Positions 18,987 through 27,818 of a DNA stretch of 64,000 nucleotides are shown piece after piece. The DNA is from Candidatus Moraniibacteriota bacterium (GTDB lineage Bacteria > Patescibacteriota > Minisyncoccia > Moranbacterales > UBA1568). Every line of letters starts with the position of its first letter. Position 1 is the first letter of the stretch. The translations under genes were made by a program, and so were the position numbers. A model generated the notes under the pieces. That model did not search any database. It was not told the DNA's origin and saw only the letters and a program-made list of their open reading frames with translations. The DNA is taken from contig JBAQEZ010000003.1 in assembly GCA_049287005.1 (NCBI GenBank), positions 393,745 through 457,744 of the forward strand, written 5' to 3'.

Positions 18987-19144
18987 AATCCCAGTATACC
19001 ACTCCGCTACATTCTGAAAATCGCTTTTTGGATAAAAAAAGTCCGAGCAGGAACGCAACGCGTATACTCGGAAGATCCTCGACCCAGGCTCGGGAGGAGG
19101 CGGGAGGATAAGAGGGGGTGGACGAATGAAATTGGTTGTCCGGT

Positions 19145-19540
19145 TTATTGTCCGGGCACGGCGGGCACGGCACCAGCCTTCAAGCGCTTGGTTGTTGTCT
19201 CTTGCTTTTTCAGTGGCGCCTTAACGACAAGCTCCAGCCGAAGCGCATCCTTGAGAGGTTCGAAATCAATTTCCGTGTCGCCTTTGCCGTTCTTCTGGAT
19301 GGCGGTGATGGAAACATTTCTCTTACCGATGTGTACTGCGCGGCGGAATACTGTTTGGACTTCTTTGTTTTGGAAAAACTGTTTGATGACATTGAGGATT
19401 CGTTGTTTCTCTCCTGGTCCAGGTTCGATTTCCAGTTCGATGAACAATGCTGCATTGGTTGTCTCGTCGATTCTGGTAGCGCTCAGCTTATGATTGCTAC
19501 CAAGGTTTTTGGTTTTTGGTGCTTCTACGAATGATTTCAT
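19145..19540 (-). CDS. hypothetical protein (131 aa)
   Basis: RBS TAGGAG 7 nt upstream of the ATG. Co-directional with recG. No family recognised. Confidence 0.4.
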   Translation of the reverse strand: MKSFVEAPKTKNLGSNHKLSATRIDETTNAALFIELEIEPGPGEKQRILNVIKQFFQNKEVQTVFRRAVHIGKRNVSITAIQKNGKGDTEIDFEPLKDALRLELVVKAPLKKQETTTKRLKAGAVPAVPGQ

Positions 19541-19717
19541 TACTGCTCCTAATTTGTCGTTTTCTAAACAAGCCCAACCCTCTTTTATTGTTAAGTAACC
19601 CTTTCTTTATACCGATAAAGTGCTGTTTTGTCAACAAAATATTTGAGAAAAAGAAAAGGCTCCCGGTGATGATACGTGGTATCCGGGAGCCGTTACGGAG
19701 AGTGCTGGCGAGCAGCG

Positions 19718-20047
19718 TCAACCTTTGTTGATGAGTTCCTTGCGGAGCCTGCGGCGCTCGCTGACCATTTGGAGGGTGATGTTGGGTCCGGCCAAGAATT
19801 TTATCACCTCGCGGAATTTGGTGATAGATGTGGTATGTATTGTCCTGGGCGATGGAATGACATCGAAAATATCTCCATCCGCAGCAAACCCGAAATACTC
19901 GTATGTTTCGCTGAAGTACTGTTCGAGTCGCTGCTTCACCTCTCGCTGCTCGTCTGGCGTGAGTGGCCGGGTGAGCGGTAGGCGGAGCCTGATATCGTCT
20001 GGGGTAATGATGATGACCCCTCGTACTGTTTTCGTTACTGTTTTCAT
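19718..20047 (-). CDS. hypothetical protein (109 aa)
   Basis: ORF start chosen at MKTVTKTV. No family recognised. Confidence 0.35.
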   Translation of the reverse strand: MKTVTKTVRGVIIITPDDIRLRLPLTRPLTPDEQREVKQRLEQYFSETYEYFGFAADGDIFDVIPSPRTIHTTSITKFREVIKFLAGPNITLQMVSERRRLRKELINKG

Positions 20048-20198
20048 GGTGGAGATCCCTTTGCGGTTATTAAAGGACACGTGCTGTTGACACCATGTCT
20101 TTATAGCACAAACATGAGAAATAGTCAATGGGGTAGGCATCGGGATATCGGGAAAATTGGCTTACGAGAGAGTTTCCCGTATAATGAAAAGATAAATC

Positions 20199-21089
20199 AT
20201 GACCGAGCGCCTGTCTATGACTGTTACCCCGTCGTCCGCTTCGCCGCAGCGAGATGAGCCGATAGGCTATTTGAATGGAGCCTTTCTGCCACTTGGTGAT
20301 ATTACGATCAATCCATATGACCTCGGTTTTTTGCGCGGCTATGCTGTCTTTGACGTGATGCCGGTTGTCAACGGCAAACCGTTTGTGTGGGAGCGTTATT
20401 ATGAGCGTCTGTGTCGCTCAGCGGAGGCATTCGGTTTGCGATTGCCGGTGAGCAAAGAGGAGTACAAAAAAATTCTTGATGAGCTGATCGCTCGCAATCA
20501 GGCTTTTGAAAAAATTTCTACACGCACGGTTCTTTCTGGCGGACCCAGCCACGATGCCTTCGTTCCGGAACCGAACCAGGAAACCTTTCTTGTCTTGGCT
20601 GAAGAGGCACATAGTTACCCAGCTCGTATGTATGAAGAAGGCGTGAAGGTAGTGACTCTCCGCTACGAACGACCATTGCCACAGGCCAAACTAGCCAATC
20701 ATGCGATAGCCATCCGTGATTTGCCACGAAGAAGAAAGGCCGGAGCGTTTGAAGCGATATATGTGAGCGGAGGTCAGATATCCGAAGCGACGCAGAGCAA
20801 TCTTTTTATCGTGAAAGACGGCGTGCTTTCTACCACATGGGACAATGTGCTGTGGGGGATTACCCAAGGGTTGGTTTTGGAGCTGGCGGAGGGCCTGGGG
20901 ATCGTGACGGAAAAAAGAGGCATTTCCTTGGAAGAATGTTTGGCTGCCGATGAAATGTTCATCACGGCAAGCAGCAAACATATCATGCCGGTAATAGCGG
21001 TGGATGAACAAACGATCGGTACGGGCATACCGGGAGCAATGACACGGCAGCTGATGACAGCTTTTGAAAACTTCGTCAAAGAATACTGA
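20199..21089 (+). CDS. class IV aminotransferase (branched-chain amino acid / D-amino acid aminotransferase family)
   Basis: Fold-type IV pattern (YDLGFLRGYAVFD...EATQSNLFIVKDGVLST...). The PLP lysine region is present. Confidence 0.75.
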   Translation: MTERLSMTVTPSSASPQRDEPIGYLNGAFLPLGDITINPYDLGFLRGYAVFDVMPVVNGKPFVWERYYERLCRSAEAFGLRLPVSKEEYKKILDELIARNQAFEKISTRTVLSGGPSHDAFVPEPNQETFLVLAEEAHSYPARMYEEGVKVVTLRYERPLPQAKLANHAIAIRDLPRRRKAGAFEAIYVSGGQISEATQSNLFIVKDGVLSTTWDNVLWGITQGLVLELAEGLGIVTEKRGISLEECLAADEMFITASSKHIMPVIAVDEQTIGTGIPGAMTRQLMTAFENFVKEY

Positions 21090-21499
21090 CAAAGAAGTGT
21101 GTAAAAATGAAACGTCCCACCCGAAATGTTTCTCGGGGAGGGACGTAGGCGACTTCAGTCTTCTTGGTCGACGTAGAGCCTTCAACAGGAAGGAGCATCC
21201 ATATATTGCGCGCGATATTTCCGTGGATGTTCCGTTCTGCCGCGCAGAGTACGTCGATATATCCCCGTACATCAGAAGGAGGGACAGAAAACCTAGCTTT
21301 CTCAAGCTTCCCAATTTTTTAGGAGGAGGGATGGCAGATCGCCTCTACTGCCACATAAACGGCTCTGCGTGAAAAACATCAAAAACTGAACTGGTATTAT
21401 TTTTATCAGAGAATGGGGGAAATGTCAATAAGATTCGCTTTCTTCCGGCGTCCGATTCCCGACGCGCGCCAAGCAGTCGGCTCACTCGCTTCGTTCATG

Positions 21500-21571
21500 T
21501 GTCCTCGCGTGGAATCGAACCACGATCTTCTCCTTCGGAGGGAGATGTCCTATCCATTGAACTACGAGGAC
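21500..21571 (-). tRNA. tRNA-Arg (anticodon CCG)
   Basis: Acceptor GTCCTCG/CGAGGAC, anticodon loop CTCCGAA, T-loop TTCGATT. Confidence 0.8.
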
Positions 21572-21929
21572 GTAACTTTCTTATACTAGCAACAAAAGCG
21601 TTTTTAGCAAAAAAGAATCCCGGAAAGATTCTTTTTTATTATCAGTGCGCTTGGCCCTCCTCCGCTCAAGCTTCGGACGGGCAAGCAGGAATCTCCCTCG
21701 ACTAAACCTTTGTCGACACAAAGGTTTGTCTGGGCACCGTAATAGTAGTGATGTGCCTGGCAGGCAGGAATCTGTCACAAGTAAATTTCCTGACGGAAAT
21801 TTCTCGCGACCCCGTCTCGCGGCACTCGCCTTGCCCTTTCGGGCAAACTCGTGCAACGCTCCGACTTTCGATTCCTGACGCACGCCAAGCAGTTGGCGTG
21901 CTCCAAGACAATTTCGCTTTGCTCAATTG

Positions 21930-22002
21930 TGCGCTTGGCAGGAATCGAACCTGCGACCCTCTGGACCGCAACCAGATGCTCTATCCACTGAGCTACAAGC
22001 GC
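21930..22002 (-). tRNA. tRNA-Arg (anticodon GCG; not the usual ACG)
   Basis: Acceptor GCGCTTG/CAAGCGC, perfect anticodon stem TCTGG/CCAGA, loop TTGCGGT. Confidence 0.75.
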
Positions 22003-22047
22003 AAAAACAAAATATGCTTTCCGTATGGATGCGGAAGGAAAGCACTA

Positions 22048-22569
22048 CTAAATATGCAGGAGTTTCTCCAATGTGTCAACTAATCCGGGCTGATGCTTCT
22101 CTTCGGGAATGAATTCATCGAGCGTATCGCGTAAGACATCGATATTGACGCCCATAGCAGGGATATGGACATAGGGGACAAGTTTGCCTTCGGTGCGGAT
22201 GCTTAGGATGTTTTCGAATGGAGGTTCTGTGTAAATGAAGAAAGATTCGAGGGTATCAAATGCGTAGAACTCGTTGCCGGCGATGATGCCTTTGGCCGTC
22301 ACCATGAAGGTAAGGACACGTGGTTCATGATAGAGCGAAAGATAGCCGACGACGCCGATCAAAATAAAAGTAATAGCCATCAGCGGGCTATTGGTATAGA
22401 GAGCATAGGCGATGATAGCGATCAGAAGAAGGGTGACAACAATAGTAGAGCGTGGCCCGAGTTCGAGCGGTTCATGCTCAGGAGCCTGCCAATAGAGAAG
22501 AACCTCACCGTAAGCGGAGGGGATGTTGTGTGGCTGTGGACTGAGTTCAGAAGAAAAATCTTGTTGCAT
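22048..22569 (-). CDS. hypothetical membrane protein (2 TM)
   Basis: ORF with hydrophobic helices (VVTLLLIAIIAYALY, ITFILIGVVGYLSLY). Confidence 0.4.
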   Translation of the reverse strand: MQQDFSSELSPQPHNIPSAYGEVLLYWQAPEHEPLELGPRSTIVVTLLLIAIIAYALYTNSPLMAITFILIGVVGYLSLYHEPRVLTFMVTAKGIIAGNEFYAFDTLESFFIYTEPPFENILSIRTEGKLVPYVHIPAMGVNIDVLRDTLDEFIPEEKHQPGLVDTLEKLLHI

Positions 22570-22706
22570 ATCGTGGAAACATTTATCTTTGTTTACTATA
22601 GCATATTTTTTCAAAAAAGGAGGTCCTTTTGCCCTCATAAAGAGTCTGTACAAAGTTCGCGTGGCTTGCTAGGATGAGATGGCAATAAATACGAATTTAC
22701 GATTAC

Positions 22707-22793
22707 GGAGAGATGGCCGAGCGGTTGAAGGCAACAGTCTTGAAAACTGTCGTACCCGAAAGGGTATCGTGAGTTCGAATCTCACTCTCTCCG
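22707..22793 (+). tRNA. tRNA-Ser (anticodon TGA), long variable arm
   Basis: Acceptor GGAGAGA/TCTCTCC, anticodon loop CTTGAAA, variable arm CGTACCCGAAAGGGTATC. Confidence 0.85.
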
Positions 22794-22852
22794 CAAATGA
22801 GTTTCAATGCGGTTATGAAGAAGAGAATGAATTTCAGCTTGAGGAAAATGTA

Positions 22853-23557
22853 ATGAGAAATTCTAGTGAAACAGTTGAAGTGGTGGTGATGGTTGGATAC
22901 TATGCCTCGGAATTGGGCGTAGAAATTACAAAGAAGGATGGATCTAAAATTCCGTCGCTTTATGGTGATGGGCATCACGTTTGGTGGGGGTCACAAAATT
23001 ATCCAGGTCGAATTCCAACTGGGCTCTGGACCGCCTATCGGACTCAAGCTGCTCAGATTATTTGGGCTTGTTGCGATAGCTATCTTTCGGATGGAATGTG
23101 TGAAGCAGAGTATATGCAAAAGTATGCGATTGATAGATTCGATATTTTACAGACTGATTTTCCGAGGCTGTTCGATAGCGCCGGATGGTTCAGGTCTAAG
23201 AATGATTTCGAGTCGTGGATTCGGGACATATCCGTTTTCGATAAAAAAAGCAGTACGACCCGTACGGTAATGGAGGAGGTAATAAAAATAATAAATGAGA
23301 AATTCGGTGATCGAACCATCAACATACATTTTGTTACATCAGCGAATCACGCGAGTCGTGTTCTTCGAGATGCGGCAGCGGCATTCTATGAGGGAGTTAT
23401 TCTTAACAAGGATGGTACTTCTCGAAATGTAGCAGAGCGGTTGCGAGGTAGCGCTATGGTAAATGTTGTTGTAGCAAAAACTTCTTACGGAGAAGGAAAT
23501 CCTATTCGTACCGTTGTGTACGATAACGGCACAGAAAGTTATCGATCGTGGGTCTAG
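22853..23557 (+). CDS. putative DUF218 (YdcF/SanA/ElyC-like) protein, low-GC
   Basis: IHFVTSANHASRV resembles the DUF218 VTSxxHxxR motif. RBS GAGGAAA before the ATG. About 43% GC against ~52% in the flanks. Confidence 0.4.
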   Translation: MRNSSETVEVVVMVGYYASELGVEITKKDGSKIPSLYGDGHHVWWGSQNYPGRIPTGLWTAYRTQAAQIIWACCDSYLSDGMCEAEYMQKYAIDRFDILQTDFPRLFDSAGWFRSKNDFESWIRDISVFDKKSSTTRTVMEEVIKIINEKFGDRTINIHFVTSANHASRVLRDAAAAFYEGVILNKDGTSRNVAERLRGSAMVNVVVAKTSYGEGNPIRTVVYDNGTESYRSWV

Positions 23558-23566
23558 AGATTTAGT

Positions 23567-24124
23567 TTGTTCAAAAGAGAGTCTATGCAAAAAATAGTTA
23601 TCGCCTCGAAGAATCCGGTGAAAATCAATGCCGCGCTGACTGGTTTTCAGAAGATGTTTCCTAGCGAACAATTTGAGATAGAGGGCATCTCTGTTTTTTC
23701 TGGTGTTTCAGATCAACCCCAGACTGATAGCGAGGCATTTGATGGAGCATTAAACAGGGCAGAGAATGCGAATAGAGAAAAACCAGATGCTGATTTTTGG
23801 GTGGGTATCGAGGGAGGAATTGAAATGAAGAATGGAGAAATGGAATGCTTTGCTTGGGTAGTAATCCGTTCGAAAGACAATAAACATGGAAAGGGAAGAA
23901 CAGGTACTTTTTTCTTACCGCCAGAAATTAGAGAGCTTGTTTTGGCAGGAGAGGAACTTGGCAAGGCCGATGATATTGTTTTCAAACGGAGCAATTCCAA
24001 AGAAAGCAATGGCGCGATCGGTATTTTGACCGGAGATGTGATCGATCGGACCAGTTATTATTTGGCGGCGGTGGTCTTCGCGCTGATTCCTTTCAAAAAT
24101 AGAGAGCTTTTTCCCCATCCATAG
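23567..24124 (+). CDS. yjjX: inosine/xanthosine triphosphatase (YjjX/DUF84 family non-canonical purine NTP phosphatase)
   Basis: Aligns by eye to E. coli YjjX (ASKNPVKINA...DFWVGIEGGIE...CFAWVVI...GAIGILTG). Confidence 0.7.
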   Translation: MFKRESMQKIVIASKNPVKINAALTGFQKMFPSEQFEIEGISVFSGVSDQPQTDSEAFDGALNRAENANREKPDADFWVGIEGGIEMKNGEMECFAWVVIRSKDNKHGKGRTGTFFLPPEIRELVLAGEELGKADDIVFKRSNSKESNGAIGILTGDVIDRTSYYLAAVVFALIPFKNRELFPHP

Positions 24125-24205
24125 CGGTGAGGCTTGTCCCGCCTTCTTTTTCGCGCTATACTGGAAAACCTCAGAGACTCTTAACTTGATATTGAATAAA
24201 AACAT

Positions 24206-24727
24206 ATGCAAAAGATGTCACTCTATACATTGGCGGTACCGATGACCATCAAGTCGCTCCAAAATCTGAAAGCCATGCTGGGCAAAGCCAAAGCTTTTGC
24301 CGATGAGAAAAAGATTGAAGAAACAGTATTACTCGAAGCCCGTTTGACTCTCGATCAGTATCCGTTCGTGAAACAGGTGCAGATCGCTTGCGACAATGCC
24401 AAAGGTACGGCGGCTCGTTTGGCGGGTGTGGAATCGCCAAAAATGGAAGACAATGAAAAAACACTCCTCGAACTGGAAGGGCGGATCGACAAAACCATCA
24501 CCTTCGTGCGCTCCCTCACCGAAGCGCAGTTCGCGGACAGCGAAGAGCGCAAAGTGCCGATTTACTTCATACCGGGAAAATATCTTTTGGGGTTTGAATA
24601 TGTGACAGAGATGGCTTTGCCCAATTTCTATTTTCATCTGACGACGGCCTATAGCATCTTGCGGCATCATGGTTTGGCTCTCGGCAAGGCGGACTTCATT
24701 GGCAGCGTTGATTTCAAAAGCGAATAA
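24206..24727 (+). CDS. DUF1993 domain protein
   Basis: SLYTLAVPMTIKSLQNLKAML...ALPNFYFHLTTAYSILRHHGLALGKADFIG matches the DUF1993 consensus. Confidence 0.65.
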   Translation: MQKMSLYTLAVPMTIKSLQNLKAMLGKAKAFADEKKIEETVLLEARLTLDQYPFVKQVQIACDNAKGTAARLAGVESPKMEDNEKTLLELEGRIDKTITFVRSLTEAQFADSEERKVPIYFIPGKYLLGFEYVTEMALPNFYFHLTTAYSILRHHGLALGKADFIGSVDFKSE

Positions 24728-24730
24728 TTT

Positions 24731-25660
24731 TTGCGTTCTATGGCAGCGGCTCTCTCCGTAAAACAGCTGAAAAAAATATATCCGAATGGAGTCGCGGCGC
24801 TCAAGGGGGTTGATTTGGCAGTGCCGGAAGGGGAATTTTTCGGTCTGCTCGGTCCCAATGGCGCCGGCAAGACGACGCTCATCGGCGTCGCTGTCGGTCT
24901 CGTCAACAAAACGAGCGGGACGGTAGAGATACTGGGGCACGATCTGGATACGGATACCAGCCTGGCCAGAGCGAGCGTGGGAGTCGTGCCGCAAGAATTC
25001 AACTTCAGCATCTTCGAGAAAGTGCAGAATATCGTGGTGGATCAGGCAGGGTATTACGGTATTCCGCGGAGCGTCGCATTGCCACGGGCGGAGAAGTATC
25101 TGAAACAGCTGGGTCTGTGGGAAAAAAGGAATTCTCCGGCGCGGATGCTCTCCGGCGGGATGAAACGGCGCCTTATGATCGTGCGCGCCCTCATTCATGA
25201 ACCGAAGCTGCTTATCTTGGACGAGCCGACAGCGGGCGTGGATATCGAACTGCGCCGTGAGATGTGGGTGTTTCTGAGGGACCTCAACGTGGCCGGTCGG
25301 ACGATTATTCTGACGACACATTATCTGGAAGAAGCGGAGCAGCTCTGCCGGAGCGTGGCCATCATCCATCAGGGGGAGATCGTCGCGCAGGGTCTCGTCA
25401 AAGATCTTTTGAGCCGGATGCACGTCGAGACATTCGTCTTCGATCTGGAAGCGCCGCTCTCTCCCGAGGTGGAAAAACTGCTGGCGAATTTCGGCGTGGA
25501 AAAGATCGATAGCCAAACCGTGGAAATGAGTCTCGGTCAAGGTGAGACGCTCAATGACGCTATCGAGGCGCTCAATCGTCTGGATATCCGGGTGAGGAGT
25601 ATGCGCAACAAAGCCAACCGCCTGGAAGAACTCTTTCTCCATTTAACGAAAAAGGTATGA
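24731..25660 (+). CDS. ABC transporter ATP-binding protein (ABC-2 type)
   Basis: Walker A GPNGAGKTT, signature LSGGMKRRL, Walker B LLILDEPT. Confidence 0.9.
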   Translation: MRSMAAALSVKQLKKIYPNGVAALKGVDLAVPEGEFFGLLGPNGAGKTTLIGVAVGLVNKTSGTVEILGHDLDTDTSLARASVGVVPQEFNFSIFEKVQNIVVDQAGYYGIPRSVALPRAEKYLKQLGLWEKRNSPARMLSGGMKRRLMIVRALIHEPKLLILDEPTAGVDIELRREMWVFLRDLNVAGRTIILTTHYLEEAEQLCRSVAIIHQGEIVAQGLVKDLLSRMHVETFVFDLEAPLSPEVEKLLANFGVEKIDSQTVEMSLGQGETLNDAIEALNRLDIRVRSMRNKANRLEELFLHLTKKV

Positions 25661-26430
25661 CGACCCAAGAGATGTGGATTGCCTATATGACGATCGTGCG
25701 CAAAGAAAGCGTGCGGTTTCTCCGTATCTGGCCGCAGACACTGCTGCCTTCGGTGATGACGACGACGCTCTACTATGTCGTGTTCGGTACCTTCATCGGG
25801 TCGCAGATCAAGGGTTTCGGCGATTTCAGCTATATCCAATTCATCGTGCCGGGTCTCGTCATGATGGCCGTGATCACCAATTCCTTTTCCAACGTCGCGG
25901 GATCGTTCTTCGGCGCCAAGTTTCAGAAGTCGATAGAAGAATTGCTCGTTTCGCCGATCCACCCGTCTCTCGTGGTGGCCGGCTATGTGACCGGAGGAGT
26001 ACTCCGGGGGATTTTCACGGGAGTTCTGGTGTTGGGCGTCTCGCTCTTTTTCACTCATTTGACAGTGCACAGCGTGCTCTTGACGGTGGTATTTATTTTT
26101 CTCACCTCTCTACTTTTTTCTTTGGCCGGACTGCTGAATGGCATCTATGCCAAAGATTTCGACGGAGTTTCCATCGTTCCGACCTTCGTGCTGACCCCGC
26201 TGACGTACCTCGGTGGCGTGTTTTATTCTATCAGTGCCTTGCCGCCCATCTGGCAGAAAGTGTCCGTATGGAACCCCATCCTCTATATGGTCAATGGTTT
26301 CCGTTACGGTTTCTTGGGCGTATCGGATGTCAGCGTCAGCGGCAGCCTCTTCATCCTTACGGGTTTGAGCGCGCTCCTCATTTTTGCCAATGTGTATCTT
26401 TTCCGAACCGGACGCGGTCTACGGACGTAG
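25657..26430 (+). CDS. ABC-2 family transporter permease
   Basis: Six predicted TM helices. Overlaps the ATPase stop by 4 nt (operon). Confidence 0.8.
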   Translation: MTTQEMWIAYMTIVRKESVRFLRIWPQTLLPSVMTTTLYYVVFGTFIGSQIKGFGDFSYIQFIVPGLVMMAVITNSFSNVAGSFFGAKFQKSIEELLVSPIHPSLVVAGYVTGGVLRGIFTGVLVLGVSLFFTHLTVHSVLLTVVFIFLTSLLFSLAGLLNGIYAKDFDGVSIVPTFVLTPLTYLGGVFYSISALPPIWQKVSVWNPILYMVNGFRYGFLGVSDVSVSGSLFILTGLSALLIFANVYLFRTGRGLRT

Positions 26431-26621
26431 ATTTGGCTCTTCTATTGCCCTTTTCTTGATTTCGTGCTACGGTAAGAACGTTGTAAGTTTTTCTTTCTGG
26501 AGTAACGCTCGACAGACAGAGGTTGCCCCTCGAATGTTCGTAGTAGGGCCAGGCAGAACTTACGTAAGTAGGTTCAAAGGAAAGGTCACCTTACACGGTA
26601 ATCAAGTTAGTAGATTCGAAT

Positions 26622-26966
26622 ATGGCAACCAAATTGTATGTTGGTGGCGTTTCCTACGGTACGACCGAGGATTCTTTGCAGGCAGCTTTTGCCCAAGCAG
26701 GGAGTGTCGTTTCTGCCAAGATCATCATCGACAAAATGACGGGTCGCTCACGCGGCTTCGCATTCGTCGAAATGGGTTCAGATGAAGATGCCCAAAAGGC
26801 TATCGCTCTCTGGAATGGCAAGGAACTCGACGGACGTACGCTTACGGTCAACGAAGCTCGTCCTATGGAAGAGCGTGCTCCTCGCACGGGTGGTGCTGCT
26901 GGTGGATTTCGTGGTGGAAACCGCGATTACAACGGTGGTGGCAACCAAGGCGGAAGCCGTTGGTAA
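26622..26966 (+). CDS. RRM-type glycine-rich RNA-binding protein
   Basis: RNP-2 LYVGGV and RNP-1 RGFAFVEM, with a Gly-rich tail. Preceded by a ~190-nt 5' leader. Confidence 0.85.
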   Translation: MATKLYVGGVSYGTTEDSLQAAFAQAGSVVSAKIIIDKMTGRSRGFAFVEMGSDEDAQKAIALWNGKELDGRTLTVNEARPMEERAPRTGGAAGGFRGGNRDYNGGGNQGGSRW

Positions 26967-27012
26967 GTGAACATCACAGACCGCTTGCGGTTTTGTGACG
27001 CAATCAACAAGA

Positions 27013-27040
27013 CAGCCCTGATTACTCAGGGCTGTTTTTT
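27013..27040. terminator. bidirectional rho-independent terminator (cagccctg-attact-cagggctg plus T6) between the RRM gene and tag
   Basis: 8-bp perfect stem with flanking A/T runs between convergent genes. Confidence 0.6.
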
Positions 27041-27631
27041 ATGAGCGTTTTTGTTCTTGATTATGTTTTTTACTTCATCGTATCTGAAACAATCAGTCGT
27101 ATGGTCATTTACCATTCCGGTGGCCTGCATAAAAGCGTAGCCGATAATAGGACCGAAGAATTGAAACCCGCGCGCTTTCAAATCCCGAGCCAAGTTTTCC
27201 GCTTCCTCGGTGTAGGCTGGTACATCCGAAGAAGAACGTCTGGCTTTATCAATAGCCGTGGGGCCAACAAACTGGGAAAGGTATTTGGCAAAGGAACCAT
27301 ACTCTTTTTGAATCTCCAAGAAAAGTCGGGCGTTGCTGATGGCCGCTTCAATCTTGAGCTTGTTTCTTACAATGGAGGAGTCGTGCAAAAGCCGATCGAT
27401 GTCATGCCTGGTGAAGCGCGCCACCTTTTCTGGATCAAAAGAAGCAAAAGCCTTGTGGTATGCCGCACGCTTTTTGAGGATGGTTTCCCAAGAGAGTCCC
27501 GCCTGAGCGCTTTCCAGGACGAGAAATTCGAACAGCCTGCGGTCGTCATAAACACGCACGCCCCATTCTTCATCGTGATATTTTTCGTAGAGCGCATTGT
27601 CCTTGGGCACCCACGCACAGCGTTTTTTCAT
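27026..27631 (-). CDS. tag: DNA-3-methyladenine glycosylase I
   Basis: EWGVPVYDDRRLFEFLVLESAQAGLSWETILKKR plus the C-terminal zinc-binding Cys/His pattern of Tag. Confidence 0.85.
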   Translation of the reverse strand: MKKRCAWVPKDNALYEKYHDEEWGVRVYDDRRLFEFLVLESAQAGLSWETILKKRAAYHKAFASFDPEKVARFTRHDIDRLLHDSSIVRNKLKIEAAISNARLFLEIQKEYGSFAKYLSQFVGPTAIDKARRSSSDVPAYTEEAENLARDLKARGFQFFGPIIGYAFMQATGMVNDHTTDCFRYDEVKNIIKNKNAHKKQP

Positions 27632-27731
27632 AGGCTTTTTTGATGTTGCTCCCATTTTATCATAGATAAAGGAGTCATCCTTGATTTTGCTTTGGAAAAT
27701 TGCTACTCTAAGATACGTGTCATGAAAATAA

Positions 27732-27818
27732 GGAGAGGTGGCCGAGCGGCTTAAGGCACCACACTGCTAACGTGGCGGGGGATAAAACCCCTCGAGAGTT
27801 CGAATCTCTCCCTCTCCG
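27732..27818 (+). tRNA. tRNA-Ser (anticodon GCT), long variable arm
   Basis: Acceptor GGAGAGG/CCTCTCC, anticodon loop CTGCTAA, variable arm CGGGGGATAAAACCCCTC. Confidence 0.85.

Noticed and set aside
21064-21372. 102-aa ORF after the aminotransferase
   Set aside because: Begins inside the aminotransferase 3' end, has no RBS and odd composition. The region is treated as non-coding, and a possible ncRNA is listed in findings.
21090-21499. RNase P RNA
   Set aside because: The segment acagaaaacctagcttt loosely resembles the P4 3' strand (ACAGAANCCGGCUU), but no complementary 5' P4 strand (GGAAAGUCCGGGC-like or gctaggtt) exists in the region.
22679-22852. N-terminal 58 codons of the 292-aa ORF
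   Set aside because: This stretch overlaps tRNA-Ser(TGA) on the same strand. The gene was trimmed to the ATG at 22853, which has its own RBS.
24329-25642. 437-aa ORF on the - strand
   Set aside because: Antisense shadow of the DUF1993 and ABC ATPase genes (Walker motifs are on the + strand), with R/H-rich composition.
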